Shown here: one piece after another, positions 23,941 through 38,239 of the stretch
Layout: each line of letters opens with the position of its first letter
Numbering within the stretch: position 1 is the first letter of the stretch
Source of the DNA: Takakia lepidozioides
Lineage: Eukaryota > Plantae > Bryophyta
DNA: 64,000 nucleotides
Direction of reading: 5' to 3'
NCBI GenBank assembly: GCA_030704615.1
Contig: CM060732.1
Coordinates: forward strand, 43,772,001 to 43,836,000
Translations under genes and position numbers: made by a program
Notes under the pieces: generated by a model
What the model was told of the DNA's origin: nothing
Seen by the model: the letters and a program-made list of their open reading frames with translations, nothing else
Databases searched by the model: none

Positions 23941-26900
23941 TCAGATGAAGGAGTGTGTCTTGCTCAGTAACAGTTTGCCATCCCAGTTCCATGGGTTCAC
24001 ATCAGGACTCAGCAAGTAGAAACCGTAGGCCAGACACACTCCCACACCAAGTGTGAGAGTAGCCTTTGCACATGCCGGAACCTGTGACAATTTCCTTTGG
24101 ATGGCTTTGCAAGTGTTGTCTGCAGCTTTTAACTGTCCCTCGAGTTCGGCGTTTCCCTTCACTGTCTCCAGCCCATGTTTGTGCTGCCAGAACAAAATAC
24201 ATTCTGTAAGTGAAAAAGAGCTTTAATTTGTGCTTCTTCTGCCTAATGCAGTGGGACATACTTTTGACATTGTTTAGACATGATAATTGTACAGAAGCTG
24301 ACAGACAGGCGAGTTAGAAACAAATCTCCAAAAACCAGTAATGAACACAGTGCTCTTCTTCTGTGGCCTACCAAAGTAGTCCGCTTTAAATAAAGCTCTC
24401 ACTACCACCACTGGTAAAATCATCAAGCTGGACACATCTAACAGCTCTCACACAGATACCTTGGATCTGAAAGAGCGGATCATCTTCTTCAAGTCCGACA
24501 GTGGAGTGAGGCACGCAACTGTGTCTTTCCAGTCATACCGTAAATGACTGAGAACCCGATTACTTGCCTTCAAGTTCTCCAAATGCAACTTTTCCTGCAA
24601 GGAGGTGAGATTCTTTAATTAGATAAAGCTGCAGAGGAAAAAAAGTCGGTGGTAAGGCACATGTAGCAGTTCACCACTGACCATGGCCTTCTGTCCCACT
24701 TGCAGGCAAAAGGAACATGTTGAGGCTGGAGACAAGGATTGTTAGAAGCGAAAGGAAATTACAGTGCTGAGGTAGATACCCATTGCTTATAGCAGTCTGG
24801 ATTCTGTGATAAACACCACATGAAGTTGCTGCAAGCTTCTGATGACAATCTCTCCACATCTGCAACCGAAAATATTAACACCACAACAGCCACACATGAG
24901 AAAAGTCCATGCAGCTATAAAACTGACCACTATAACATCAGTGTCCAGTAGGTTTTAGCTGCATCCTCAAAACTCCCAATTTCCAGTGAAATGTTGCTGA
25001 TGGGCCCCTAAGCTTCTGGTCAGAGGTTTGTGGCTGTGGCTCAGCAGACTATAAAACTGACCTTCAGATTGTACTCATAAGACGTTGTTTGCCGTAGCCT
25101 TGTGGCCATTGACCCCGCGCCCAGTTTGAGCGGGAACAAAAGGGACAGAACCTACCTCTGGCTGACGTTGGTAGTAAGACTTACCTCCATATAAAGAATT
25201 AATCCGGGTTTTCCAGATATCCTCTAGAAATCCCTTCACACAAGCATCAATCTGCTGTGTGTGATTTGCCCAAAAACTAGGCCTCAGGAGGGCCTGGGCT
25301 TTTGGCTCAGCCTCGAGACTTTCAAAGTTGGTAAACAGGGGTACAGGCACAATTCCCTTAATAGATTTGAAGAGAGCGTCTCTTTGGTGAGAGAACCCCG
25401 GACAGTGTATCAGAAAATGAATACTGTCTTCAGATTGCCCACACAACGGGCAATTACACTCTCCCTTTCCTCTCTGCTTCTGTTTGCTGTTCAAAGGTAG
25501 GCTTCCTGCCCTGAGTTTAAATTTCAGTCTAGTGCCGAGAGTGGGTAGACCCTTGAGGTCATCCAAGATGTCCTCCCCCACGTCACAGACTGGAAACAAG
25601 TTCAGGGAAGTTTTCTGCCTAACTTCATTTTCATCAGACAATCTCATGGCAACAGACATGGCTGAGGACACTACAGCCTCTAAGTCAGATTTATCCAGCA
25701 GGGTCAAGACTTGCGGATCCAGGTCCAGGTCCTTGAGGATCTCTTCTACTCTCTTCTGCCAGGACTTAGCCTGTTTGACAGGGCGGTCCTGTTTCCAAGA
25801 TATAGAGTCGATTAACTTAGGATATCTGGTGTTGGGCATATGTTGCAGCTGACCCCACCATCTGACCTTGAATTCATCTCGTCGGGAGCTTAAGGACGGA
25901 ATGCCAAACTCACCCCGAACAGCCACATTGGCTGTTTTGGAGCATGCTGACATACACTCCTTAAGCACCCCCACTTGAATGGATTCTAGAGACTTAGCCT
26001 GGTTGGAGTTATCAACCCATATAGCAGATCCGTACTCCAAGGCAGGTCTAATAACGCGACAAAGATTGGTTTTCTTGACCTCAGAGTTGACCCCTCTGCA
26101 GTGGAAAAATTTAGTGAGCCCCAGAGCTTTGCCCTTGCCAGTTTGAACAACTTTCCGGATATGTGCATCCCAATTACAATGGGAGGAGAACTCAACGCCC
26201 AGGTAAGTGTAGGAAGGGAGGACCGGGATCTCTTGGCTACCCCACTGCCACTTAAGATCACTTCCTCCCTCTCCTCTGTCGTTGAATGCTACCACTGCAC
26301 ATTTGCTGACATTAGCCTCTAGCCCCCAAAGATCAAAGTATCCCTTCACGCAATCAATCAACTGACCTTCAGAGATGGCAGCAAAGCTCAAAGGCAGAAG
26401 CTGTTGTGCAACTGGTCGGGTTCCTTTGCTGCGGTATGTCCCTGCCAATGCGAGCTCCCTCACGATCGGATACACAGACTGAAACCTCTCTGTGGCCTGA
26501 CCCACCGTCACATAGCCCACACACATGCAAAGAAACATTAATACACCTAAGAGCACAGATGTATTGATATGATTGTTAACAACAACAACACATGGGCTAT
26601 CCTCTAAGCACCAATTGATTCCATGATCACCTTCAGGTCACTGTAATGACCTGCAAATAGAGCATGGTTACACTCCATAGCAAACATAGAACTTGTTGCT
26701 AAACCCCAGTTGTATGTATTTCAATACATTGAAAAACCATAAGATGACTGGTAACAGGATCTTCAAATCTTCCAGATAGTATATCATGGTGAAAGACCTT
26801 ACATTTCTTGTTCTGCCAAGCAATTACATCCAACTTCATCCTCTACAAGATGGTTTTAATATGAGACTGGACATAACCCACCTTGGTTCGAGCTGAATCA

Positions 26901-29900
26901 GGGGGATAGGCAGCCCGTAGTACTAAATCCAGAGACAAGGGAGGCACCAGTCTTTCTCCTTTTCTGGAGACACCATTTAGCAGAATAGGACGAGCTTTTT
27001 TCAAATTCGCCAACACAACACTGCATGGACAAACCAAATCAAGATAATATGAATAGAGAGGGAGAGGGAAATGGTACACAATACACTGTAAGAGATCCCT
27101 CAACAACCATAGTGCAATCATCACGCTGCGACAACTGCCAAGTTGGGGTGAACTGCAAACTACCAAGTTCAAAGTGCACTCACATTTAGACAAAATGATG
27201 AAATGTTTAGCTGTGTGGATTCCAGTGTTCTCATCTGGTTAACTAGTTGAAGCCTCACCACATCATCGCCAGGAGCCTAGACCTAAGGACCTCCAATTAT
27301 TTATAATATTGGGTTCAGTCACTAGGGTCACAAGAGGGCTTGCCCTCCTAGACAGTTATTACGAGATTTGAAATCATTCAGTCAATGACAAAAACTTTCA
27401 CCCAACAGTCGAGAACTGAGAGAATAGAAGGACACCAAACCTTTCGATGAATTGAAGGACTGTGTCTCGAGAAGCAGGAGTGCTGGACTTTCCAACTGCA
27501 AGAGGCAATAAGTTTTGCACCCATAGATACATCCCTGCCACCAGATCTCCCTGGGCTACCTGTCACAGGACAAAGAGAAAGATCCATGTCCACACACAGA
27601 AGCGGATCATGTTCGTTGCTCACTAATTGTTCACGAACCAGCTAAGGCCAGCTTTTGCTTACTTGCAAAAGCTCAATCTTGTTGTTTTGAGAATAGCTAC
27701 AGTTTGTGTGTTGCTTGGCTCATCCTCAGGTCCAGTAGTCTATATGCATATACATCTGGCAAGCTATGTTGCAAGGTTTACCTGTGGCACTCACTCAGAC
27801 AGAGTCAAGCTTTCTGCCAGTTTGAGAGGATTTTAGAGCACACCAATATCCGGCAGGACCCATGGCATGTGTGCAAACATCATACAACCAGCCCAACAGA
27901 GTGCCATATTGAATTCACCATCTTTATGCAACCCCTGGCACTCATGGTTTCAGAACATCAAGAACATACTAAGAAGATCTACTCACAAACCTTCAAGAGA
28001 CCTAAAAACAAACCTGTCCATATGCCCACACCAACGTGACAAGCTTGTCGGGGCCCTGGAATTGGGAGCGCACAGTGGCTGCCTGCTGTTGCACCAAGTC
28101 AGGTCTTCTCCTCAAGATAATAGCTAGCACCACAAGAATTCCTACCTGTTCACGCCAAAAGAGCTTAATATCAGAGCCCATTTATAGAACAACTTAAGAC
28201 ATAGGTCGTGCCTCATCCTTTGGGATGCTTGCTTACAGAACTGACACTTGGTTTGACTTCTTCCTTAAGCGACACTCTTTGTGGTGATTGAGAGCCATCC
28301 CCAGTGTTAGCTACTGTGAATCAGTGCTCCGCGAGTCACTCACTCCCGAAATTCCATCTTTATGTGTGAACAGTACAGTTCACTGTTGTGGATGTAGGCA
28401 ACTACTGGAAACATCAGTATCAGTAGGTTGATTGAACTACAACCTTATACACAGGAATATAAAACGGTACTGGATTGGACAGCTATGGAACAGCAACCCA
28501 GGCTATTTAGAGTTTAGACATGCAACTACTATCAGTATCTACTAGCTCACATTCTCATGCAGTAAACGTCCTCAAATATGTTATTTCAAGATCCTGTCAT
28601 CACATGCTGTTTTCAAAACAGAACAAGACGTACCTTTGTTTTTCCGGCAGGAGGAGGTGTAGAAACCTTTGAGCTTTTGTGCAGAACTGATTGTGATTGT
28701 GAGTCATCCAAAATCTCCGTCAACAGCCAAAACATAAACTTGGACAAAGCTTCTGCTGGTCTTTGCACAAGCCAGTCTGCAGTTATCTTCATCACAGTCT
28801 CTGGGAGGTAGCAAAGAGGTACCTGCATCAATTTCACAATTTTATGGTAGACATTACATTGGAAATTTCAACATGTGACGCAGCAACAATCAAGCTAAAA
28901 ATTATTCTAAACTCTCTCACCTCAACAAACTCAGAGAAAATCACAATACTTTCAAACATACTGAGCAAGATAAGGTGGCCAGACCTCAATTGTCTTGGCA
29001 AGGGAAGTTTCTCGCAGTATTTTGTTCCAGGCAAACTGAGCACTAGTAACAGCCATAAAGGCATGGGCAAAGTAGTCCGCACATCGCATGAGCTGAACAT
29101 CTGGCACTGATGCAAATGATTCCTGCAGAGGATACCCACAAATCTACATGAAACAAGTAACCAAGAAATAAATCATGTCCAAAGCAGTACAAACATCTTG
29201 TGTTCAATAACATGTAAAGCATCGACAGGGCAGGACCTTCCCCCACCTGCTTGAGAATGCCTGGTTCAAGCAACCAGACAACTCCATGCAGGAGTTTCAC
29301 CATTTTACATGTTCACTTCATTCTTTCACACATGCAAATTCGCACAACCAAATGCTGCCCACAAAACCTTCACCATTAGACTTTCTAGATCATTTCTACA
29401 AGACCGCCAATCCCTTCAGCCAAAAATTACGAGAAGTTAACAGTAGAAAGAGTGATGCATGCAGGCTAATTTGGCAATGGTGCCAATATGTCAATGACGA
29501 CATGGCTGGCTTCTGACAAGAAGCTTCCATATTGCATTTCACTATCACAGCAACAAGCATAGTTGTTAAGGACTTGGAACAGTTTTCATTGTGTATGAAG
29601 CACCCTATGGTTCCCTTGGTCACCTGGGTAGATGAGCAGACTTGCCTTCACTACAGCAAGTTTCCTACAGAAGGGTCTCTGCAATGGATCCTCATCACAT
29701 GATAACTGAGAGAGAGAAAGAATATGGTTTATCTCCAAAACTCTGCCCCTTTTACCACCTGCAACCACATGTCTTTTACTCCTTAGGTGAAGTCAGCTGC
29801 ATTAACACCTCTAACCAACAGATCCAGGTGCCCCATGGGAGCATCCCTTCTTGGGTTTCTCCCTGGACCTGATTTATACTGAAAACAGATTTTAGGGATC

Positions 29901-30738
29901 CATGCAGCTCCTAACAGATCAAGTCAGCACTGCCAGGTGAGGATCTGATTGGAATAACTATATTCACGCGGTGTTCCAAACAGTTTGCCCCTACAGAGAA
30001 ACCCTACCATAAAGCTTCAGTTTCAATGTGTCTGTTTGCACGGTGATCGTTCGTCTAAGAAATCTCCGAGTCCAGAGACATTAGCGACGAGCAAAAACGA
30101 CGAGCAAATTCTTGCGTAGTTGCATAAGCCGAACGACATCGCCAGTTTGCGTCCAGCTTGTCAAGCTTGCATATACCTGGACACTGTAAAACCCTGCCAA
30201 TTACGGGAAGAGAGAACAAGGAAGAAGCTTGAATGATTACCGAGATGCCTGCAAGAAAAGTTGCAAGATCGGACGGATCGATCGCCGCTGCAGCATCCGC
30301 CACCGACACTTTTGGCTTCTTTGCCTTCTTCGGCTTGGATTTCTTCACTTCCCCATTAACTGCCCCATTAGCTTGAGGACCAGCTCGATGATCCCCTTCC
30401 ACATCACTGTCCTCTTCCCCAGAGTGAGTTGGCTCCCCCGCAGCCAAAGCCGCCGCTAGCCTAGCCTCCCTTCGAACGCGCCGATCCTCTGCCTCACTCT
30501 CCAGGGCTTGAAAAGCCTTGGATTCACCAACAAGTCCCCCTTTCTCGGCCTCAGATTGCAGCCCCGTCGTGGCTTTCGTCTTCAATTCATTCCTCCTTTG
30601 CCTCTTCACATTGGTCACTTTCTGCCAACCGTGATTGCTAGCATTCCCGTTTCCATTCTCAGTCCCACTTCTGCTCACCGCTCCACCTCCATTCTCCTCC
30701 CCCTCCAGCACGCCGTTCCGCTCCCCCTCCATCGCCAT
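23941..30738 (-). CDS. TMEM214: Transmembrane protein 214 / DUF2359 family protein, multi-exon
   Basis: Exon 1 at 30241-30738 (HGWQKVTNVKRQR...KKPKVSVADAAAAID). Later exons include DVQLMRCADYF, VPLCYLPE, KKARPILLNG...GERLVPP, ATERFQSVYP, and a last exon with ADNTCKAI and a C-terminal TM segment. Confidence 0.85.
25069..26359 (-). mobile_element. 5'-truncated RTE-X-like LINE with an open ORF, in a TMEM214 intron
   Basis: Open frame covering the RT C-terminal half ([22 protein letters not shown]) and CPLC...HFLIHC. 14-bp TSD aactgaccttcaga at 25055-25068 and 26360-26373. Confidence 0.92.
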
Positions 30739-32924
30739 GACCACACACCAGCACAACAAAACCCTACAAAACCCTCCACTCTGCGATCGATCTCCGAGCA
30801 GCAAAAACTCTCAACCCCGCCTCACATCGACAGCACAAGAAGCACAAATCCACAACGCCCGATCACGACCACGATCCGGAGAAGAAGATGCTGTTCGGAT
30901 CGACACAGCCTCGCAGAAGAAGAGAAGAAGGAAGACGAGAAGAGACCGAGGAAAACGCGCTCCCGAGGAAACGACGGTCGACCCGTCCTCAATCACCTGG
31001 AACCCGTTCTCCGGCATGGCGGGATCCGCTGGCGCATCCGGGCGTCTACCGGCCACCGGGAGATCGCGTCGGTCACGACCGCGTGCACCGGTTGTCGCCG
31101 GTAGCATGCACTGGAGGGTTAGGTGTTTGTGGGGTTGGCAAACGTTGGACCACCGGTTTGGCACGCCTGTTACAGCATGGAACGGTTCGGATGTATTGTA
31201 AGTCACTCTTTTCCTTTTCATTTTCCTTCACCTTTACTCCACGTACTTGGACGTTTTTCTTTCTCTTTTTTTCTTTTTCTTTTTTCTTTTTTTTTTTTCT
31301 TTTTTCCAGATTTAAAATGCTAATTTCGCCCAATGAAACCATCTCCTCCACTTTTCATTAACTTTTTTAAAAAAAAAACCCTCTTCTTTACGCCATTCTT
31401 GTAAGTTGCCTCCATGTTCACTCATACATACTGATTCACACTGCGATGTATGCATGGGCCATCCTGGATATGCACTGCCATACATTGATGGCGATACATG
31501 TACATACCATCTCAAGCCATCCCATGCCATCCATACTATCAATGCCATGCCATGTTATGATGTGAATTGTTAGTAGCTATATTATAGTATTAATATGTAC
31601 ATTTAAGCATTTAAGTGAGTCATATTTCTTATAAATTTTTAGAATACGAGCAACGAGGAGACGTCAAACTATTAATTGGATATTGTGTGTATTTTGGAAA
31701 GGGGATAAACGTCGAATTTGTAATATAGTCCCACTGCAGTGGGATTTGTTTCTGATGTGGTGTTTAGGGTTATCTCGAATTAGGGTTCGAATACAACAGG
31801 GGTGTAGGCAAGTGGGGTGTTATACAAGGGTATGCCGTCAAAGTAGTGCTCTACTTAATGAGTCTGTCAGTCTTCTGCATACATTTGTGTTCATCCGCTC
31901 CAATTTGTTGTCTTCTCTCCAATTCATCACTTCTCCTCTCGAGCATAAGCATTCTCTTCGTATATCCCCTGTCGAATCGGTGTCACCGTCGTGGTACTCT
32001 CAATTTACATCTTCTCTCGGAGCTTTTGATGCTGAATGGTATTACGTGGCCAACACTCGGCGTCGAATTGTGCTCATCTCTGTATACGGTGAAGATTATG
32101 TCATTTGATTAGAACCCTATTTTGTGTTTTAGTAGTGGGGTCATTCTGGTTTTACCTTCTTGTTGCTAAGATCTCCTAGTTCATGGGATGTCATCTAGTA
32201 TAACCGGAGTTATCTGGCTGTGACACTATTCAGGTCGAAGAAAGAATTTGATCCCCGTAGTGGTTTTATCAGTGGCCCCGGTCTCACTATATTCTTGTTG
32301 GTGGGTCCCTACTGGCAAGGGCTTGGTGTGTCATGTGATGATCAAGATGCACGACATCTGAAAGAAGAGCTTTTCTTGAGTCTTGTGGAGAGTGCATTAT
32401 GTGGAGTTACCACATGACTCCGTGGCGAGGCTTGACCCGAGGTTGGGATATAAGCCTTGCGTTATTCTTCCCTAAAAGCCTTGTGGGAACAGATGGGATT
32501 TCATTTCGCTCTTGGTTCAAGGTTCTCGACTCACAGTGTCCTGGGGCCGAACATTCTCCTACAAGAGATTATGCAATTGAAAAATGATGCACTTCATGAG
32601 CACATAACGATTATGGATTTCTTACAACATGCACTCACCATACTCTCATTCTCACATGAGGATTATGAAATTATGCATTTAATAGATATTGGTAAGGTTG
32701 ATGAACTGGAGTGCTTGGAGTGGGATCAATTACTTTCGCTTTCAATCATATCCTCAAATGTCTTTGACAATTTTGCTTATTCTCATGCAGGTAAATACTC
32801 CTCCAGAGCTGCCCAAAACCCACGACCCTTGAGATCAAGGTCTACAATTCAGGGTTCAGGGTTTAAGCCTTCGTCTTTGCCCAGCTTTTCCTTGGTTGTT
32901 CCTCAGTAACAAAGTCTTGCTCAG

Positions 32925-33590
32925 ATGTCGAGCCATGGTGACCCGCAAATGGGCTATCAATCGGTGCTCCATTGGTTGGAGGAGGGAGGGGACGACGTTG
33001 GTCTCCGGAAATTCGATCCGTGTGAGTATGGGTTCCATGCAGGTGCCATCCCCAGTGAGGTCTTGATGTATAACCACGACTGTTTGTCCGGTGGTCCACA
33101 TGAATCGCCGGGTGAAGGGATTTTAATGCGCGTTACGCAGATGGTGCATGCAGTGGCAACGGGACGCCACGAGCCCGGGCGAGTAATGGGGTTGTATTGG
33201 TGGCCTGGGGCCTGTACAACAAGGGTGTCTCCTGCCATTGAGCAAGCCGCAAACAAACCAGAGTGCTGAGATCCATGCAGCTATCTTGGCGCTCGAGGTT
33301 GCCAAGGGATTATTTGAGTTGGAGTCGGGAAGAGTATTGTTGGTGTGAAACAACATTTTTGTGGTCATGGATTCCAATTATGTGGTTCAGGCAATGACAG
33401 ACTGGATTCGGAAATGGCGAGCCAAAAATTTTCGTAATGCTCATGAGGAGCCTCTCATCAATGGAGATGCCTTTCAGCGTCTTGACAATGAGATCAAGCG
33501 ACTCCTGGTCGAACATGCGTCAATATTCGCTTCTGGTATGTTCCGCGCCAGCACAACGTAGGGGCTGCCGGATGGCAGCTGAAGAGCACT
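32925..33590 (+). pseudogene. RNase HI pseudogene of fungal (Dikarya-like) type
   Basis: Joined across frameshifts: YADGACSGNGTPRARA (33134), GLYW, QTNQSAEIHAAILALE, VVMDSNYVVQAMTDWIRKWRAKNFRNA...NGDAFQRLD, FWYVPRQHN. Confidence 0.8.
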
Positions 33591-33694
33591 TAGGAGTGGG
33601 TCACAACCTCGGACAGCAGTTCATCAGACTGATCAAAGGAGCACATCCCCAGTCCAGTACCCCAGTCGGCCCTATCCTGAGGAATATTGTGAAG

Positions 33695-33910
33695 CCGAAT
33701 TGGCCCCGTAAAGCAGAATCCGCAGTGAGTGCCGGCCATTGAAGGCCGATTCGGCCCTGTACGCGGCCGATTCTGCCTGCTGTCCGATACGCACAGGCAC
33801 TGTTAATGCCAGTGAAAGGGCCGCGTAGGGACGATTCTGCCCTGTAAGCGGCCACAGGGCTCTCCCCTGTGGCCGCGCACAGGGGAGAATCGCCACTTGC
33901 GGCCCTTTCT
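33695..33910. repeat. Dispersed repeat with ggccgattctgcc motifs (MITE-like remnant)
   Basis: The same motifs, including gattctgccctgtaagcggcc, recur at 46810-47205. Confidence 0.5.
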
Positions 33911-35694
33911 CTAATACAAAACGTCCCGTTTGATGTATTTTTAAGGAATATTTCCTCATTTGACATTTGGTGCAGATTGGAGCTGCAAGTGGACACTACA
34001 CCTAACCTTTGGCATTATTATAACCCCTGAACGCCCCACGCCCTTCTCAATGTAGTCAAACTTTCGATCTATAGCTCAATTTCCGGTCTTTGAATTTGAG
34101 AAATTATTTTTTTAATATTTTTAGATGAACCTATACGCTTACTATAAATCTTGAATTTTTCAGAATTGTATCATAAAAATTGGAATATTATGATGTTCTT
34201 AAACCTAAAGTTCCCAAGCGACCTGAATCGGCTCACTTTGAATTTGTAGTTCGACCTAATTTTTGCAGATCTAATCTGATGGGGCCCATTCCTGAAGCTT
34301 TAATGACAAAGGATTGATGCAAAAAACAAAACTAAGAAAAAACAAAAGCTGCCACGTACAAAAAATATCTTAGATCTCTCATTTACGTTTTGGGCCTGAA
34401 AAGGGCTTGTTGACCGCTGACGTGGCAGTAAACAAGCCCAAAACAGATTGCACTCCAAAAGGCCACTTTTTTGGAAAAAAAAAAAATAGCAATTTGGAAA
34501 AACAGCACTTCACCTTGGTGGTGTGTGAGCATTACATACACAACATCCACCATTGGCTTTAAGAATTTGTAGAAAAAAAAAAAGTACTTCATTTGGAGGC
34601 ACCATTTTCTCTGTCAATTTGAGATTTCCAACCCCCATGTAATTGCATTGCATAGAACCATAGGTGAAAAAATCAATTGGAAACTGCAATTTAGGGGTCA
34701 TAGCCACTCCACTATTGATTTGGAAAACGGTGGGTCTTGGGGCAAGCAAAATGGATAAAGCTGGTTTTGATTTGGTTTCTTTCTCCACTTTTATTTGGAC
34801 ATTGATATTTGAGGTCCGGGCCAAACGGTATAATCCAGGGTTGGGCGGTTTTGGGATTATAATCAGTGTTGGGCGGTTCTTGCCTTTGTGAAGGAACCTT
34901 CGGTCTGGTTCCACAAATTTTTGAAGAAGAGACAGTTCCGGATCCGGATCCGGTTATTTTTATTAAGGCGGTTCCGGTCCGGTTCAGGTTCTGAATTTTA
35001 ACATGGGGGCGGTTCCGGTTAACGGTTAGTTGCTGGAAAAAAAAAACCACCGGTTCCGGTTAGGTTCCGGTTCTTTTTAAAAATATATTAAATTCTTTTA
35101 ATTTTTTATTCTTCTGGAAAATTAGATGAACTGATCTGATTGATTCATACTGAATATTCAGAATTTTTAACTAAAACCAGGGAATTTTAGTAGTAAAACA
35201 GAAGTTAATAAACTTATATGTTTTTTGTGATTGTCTTTTATGGTATATATAACAAGTAAATTACGCATGGTCTCCATTAAAAATGGAAAACCAGAGGATT
35301 TTATAAGTTTTCGTACGGTGTAGCAAAGAACAACTAAAAAACAACTAACTACATAAGGATCTTAATTCAATATACAAATAAATTAAACATGTGTGTAATT
35401 CTATGGTTACCGTTTATGGTGCAGCAAAAGCACAACTAAAAAAAACTACATAAATTGTGTTTTTTTGGATGATGCTTTGTCGATATAGCATACAACAAAC
35501 TAAGTACACGGATTTGTCACTGAAATTTTCAATAAAAATGGACAAATAAACAAACTCCAATCAAAGGAGTATAGTGTTAATATGTGAACAATAATTTGTC
35601 TCTAAGATAAATCATTCTACTCTTAAAGAGGTTTGCCTCTGCAATCAAGTCCTCATTCTCATCTAAGATGACTTTTCCCTATCCAAAAACTCTT

Positions 35695-37925
35695 TCATGG
35701 AAGTACTATAAAGCAACCAACTCTAGCATCATTTGGCCAATTCTTGACTACACTCACAAGCATATCAAGGTTTTCAATATTTAATCTGCACCGTCTCAAG
35801 CTTGTTATGACACCTGCAATACTAAAAACCCTCTCAGCTTCAATCTGAGATCCAACTATGCCCAAGATTAGCCATGCCAAAAATCCCACATACGGAAGAG
35901 AGACTCGTATTCTTTCCACCATTCAAAGGAGCCACGCACTCACCCTCAATTTTCTTCGTCCTTCTGAAATGTGATTGTGATAGTTGTTCTCTCACTACTG
36001 TCAATGTCATGTCTTCATTGTGGTTATGCACACCAAATAAGGACATCTCGTCCATGTGGAAGTGGGCTGTGATTGGGCCGGAGTATCCGGATGTAAGACC
36101 TTGAAACACTTTACAAAAAGAGGTTTTAACACCATGCTATTATATTGGGACACAATATGCAAAGCACGATCTTGTGATACCAATGACAACCCCTTGTAAC
36201 GTGGGTCAAGCATAAGCGCGAGCATATTGTGAACTTTGCGCGATTGAAACCCTTCCAAAAAAGAAAAAGAAATGGTTCCAAGACATATACCACTTCTCGA
36301 GCCATCCGCCATTCCAACGATGTCAACTCTGTTGAGAAATCCCCCATGCAATGATCAATAGTTGCAGCCCTGGGCGCACTACTTCTTCGCATGCGAATTG
36401 TGTGGCAATGGCTGCATGCATTAGAGCATCGGACAACAGCCAAAATCCCCCAGATTGATTCATAATGCACTCATAAACCACATGCCCTAGAACTATAGAA
36501 ATTGATTGGGCAATGGCCCACACTTGTGGACTTGGTATGCGAGACTGCAGTGCCAATGAGGTTTGCCTAGAGTAACAAGTGATTATGGCTTGCCTAAATT
36601 CCAAAGTCTCTTGGAAGATGATCACCTTGGAAGCAAACTGTGTCTTCACCGGAGTCTTCAATTTGTGGGGATGAATGTCGCTGTCCACACATGCCTTTGC
36701 TCATTCTTGTCTCTCTTTGCCACTTTTTTTTGTCCAAGTAATGGTTTTTTGCAACTCTAATGGGGCATTTTTTATAGAAACTGATCTCATATCTACGCAT
36801 ACTTTTGCATCATTTGTTGCATACTGGCAACACTTGGACATTGCATGTCCAAAACAGCTACCCACAAATGGAGAATCCAACCCCAACACGCACATGAGAC
36901 CACCGAATTCAAAGCATTGGTCAAAATTGGCCAAGTTACCTCCCTCATCTTTGACGTAAGCAATAATGCGAGTATTGAAGCCATACTTCACAAGAAGATT
37001 GTTGACTTGATGTGTCATGGCAGCCCCAGATGAGTCAGGTGTCTCAAACATGCCAAGAGTCACATGACATTGCTCCCACTGTTCATTAATATAGTGCGCT
37101 ATGATGACAAAAGTGTCAGTTCCCCTCTTGACATCCACAAATCAAAACTCACAGAGCAAGTAGCACAACTCTGAAGAGATGGGGACATGTAGCGCTCTTT
37201 CGTCTTCTCTGCCAAGATTGGAATGGCTCATTCACAAATGTCCGTCGAGAAGGGAAAACAATCCAAGGATTTTGCCTCAACACCATCCTTCTTAGCCAAG
37301 GGGATTCTACCAAAGACAGTGGAACCAAACTCCTTTGCAATGAACAAGACTAAATCCTATTGAACTGCTTCTGTTGATCATCACATTTTGGTTGTATGGA
37401 GTGGAGCTCCCAAAAAAAAAAGTTATGTTTCCAGGAGTGGGGCCGAGCCTCTTTTTGGCTGGCCTACGGGCCTTCTCATGTCCTTCATTTTCCCTCTCAA
37501 TCCACCTACGCAAAACAATGTCATGTTCTTGATCCACATGCTTTCGAAGGGCAGAGATACCATTGGTTTTATTATAGGTCACAATGCCCTTCTTGCTTGC
37601 AGGAGTGACACCAACATGATGACATAGAACACACCTCATTTGTTGTGGATTTGTTATGTCAACTCGAGCAGAGTCTTTTGTTGCATAGAATGCCCATGTC
37701 GAAGCAATGCGATTGTGGGGCTTCCAAAAATCCCATTGTTTTTCAAGTATTGGGAGCTGCGCCTCCACATCCAACACCTGTGTGTGATGGCGAAACTGTG
37801 GAAGATGACATTGCAGCCGAGGCTTGAGGGAACTGATGTAAATGAGGCGCATGCATGATGAGCATCCTCCGCAACATGGCACTCCACCAAAGCTCTCTCA
37901 TTATCAACATTGATGTCAGGAACAA
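35695..37925 (-). pseudogene. hAT transposase, frameshifted
   Basis: BED zinc finger (W..F...CVLC...LRKHV..EH), SFDLWMS catalytic Asp motif near 37140, CFGH, LDPRYK and dimerisation motif SQIEAERVFSIAG. Confidence 0.92.
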
Positions 37926-38239
37926 CTTCCCTTTCTAGTTCATCGAAAATATTGGGTTCTATGACATAAAAAAATTGTGGAACAACTCATGTGTAAGAAC
38001 AATGCAAACAAAGAATCCAAAAGGCATTTAATAATTGTGCACAACTCATATATTTACAAAGTTTGGGAATGGTATATGGCTGGCCAAAACGAAAGTATGG
38101 GGAGAGACACCGCACTGCTCAATTTATTATTTCATATTGAGCTGAATGTTACATGCATGACCTACATTTAGATCTAAGTTATTTTTTTTTATCTAGTACA
38201 TGTACATTTACATTTTCAAATTACAAAAACTACATAGCA

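Noticed and set aside
25095-25125. LINE 3' end (CGGGGTCAATGG, minus strand) recalls the 5' region of plant U1 snRNA
   Set aside because: Only about 12 nt match from memory, with no ACTTACCTG 5' end in register and no Sm site.
30508-31361. 150-200 aa plus-strand ORFs
   Set aside because: GC-rich antisense or promoter-region ORFs of TMEM214 with low-complexity translations and no recognisable motif.
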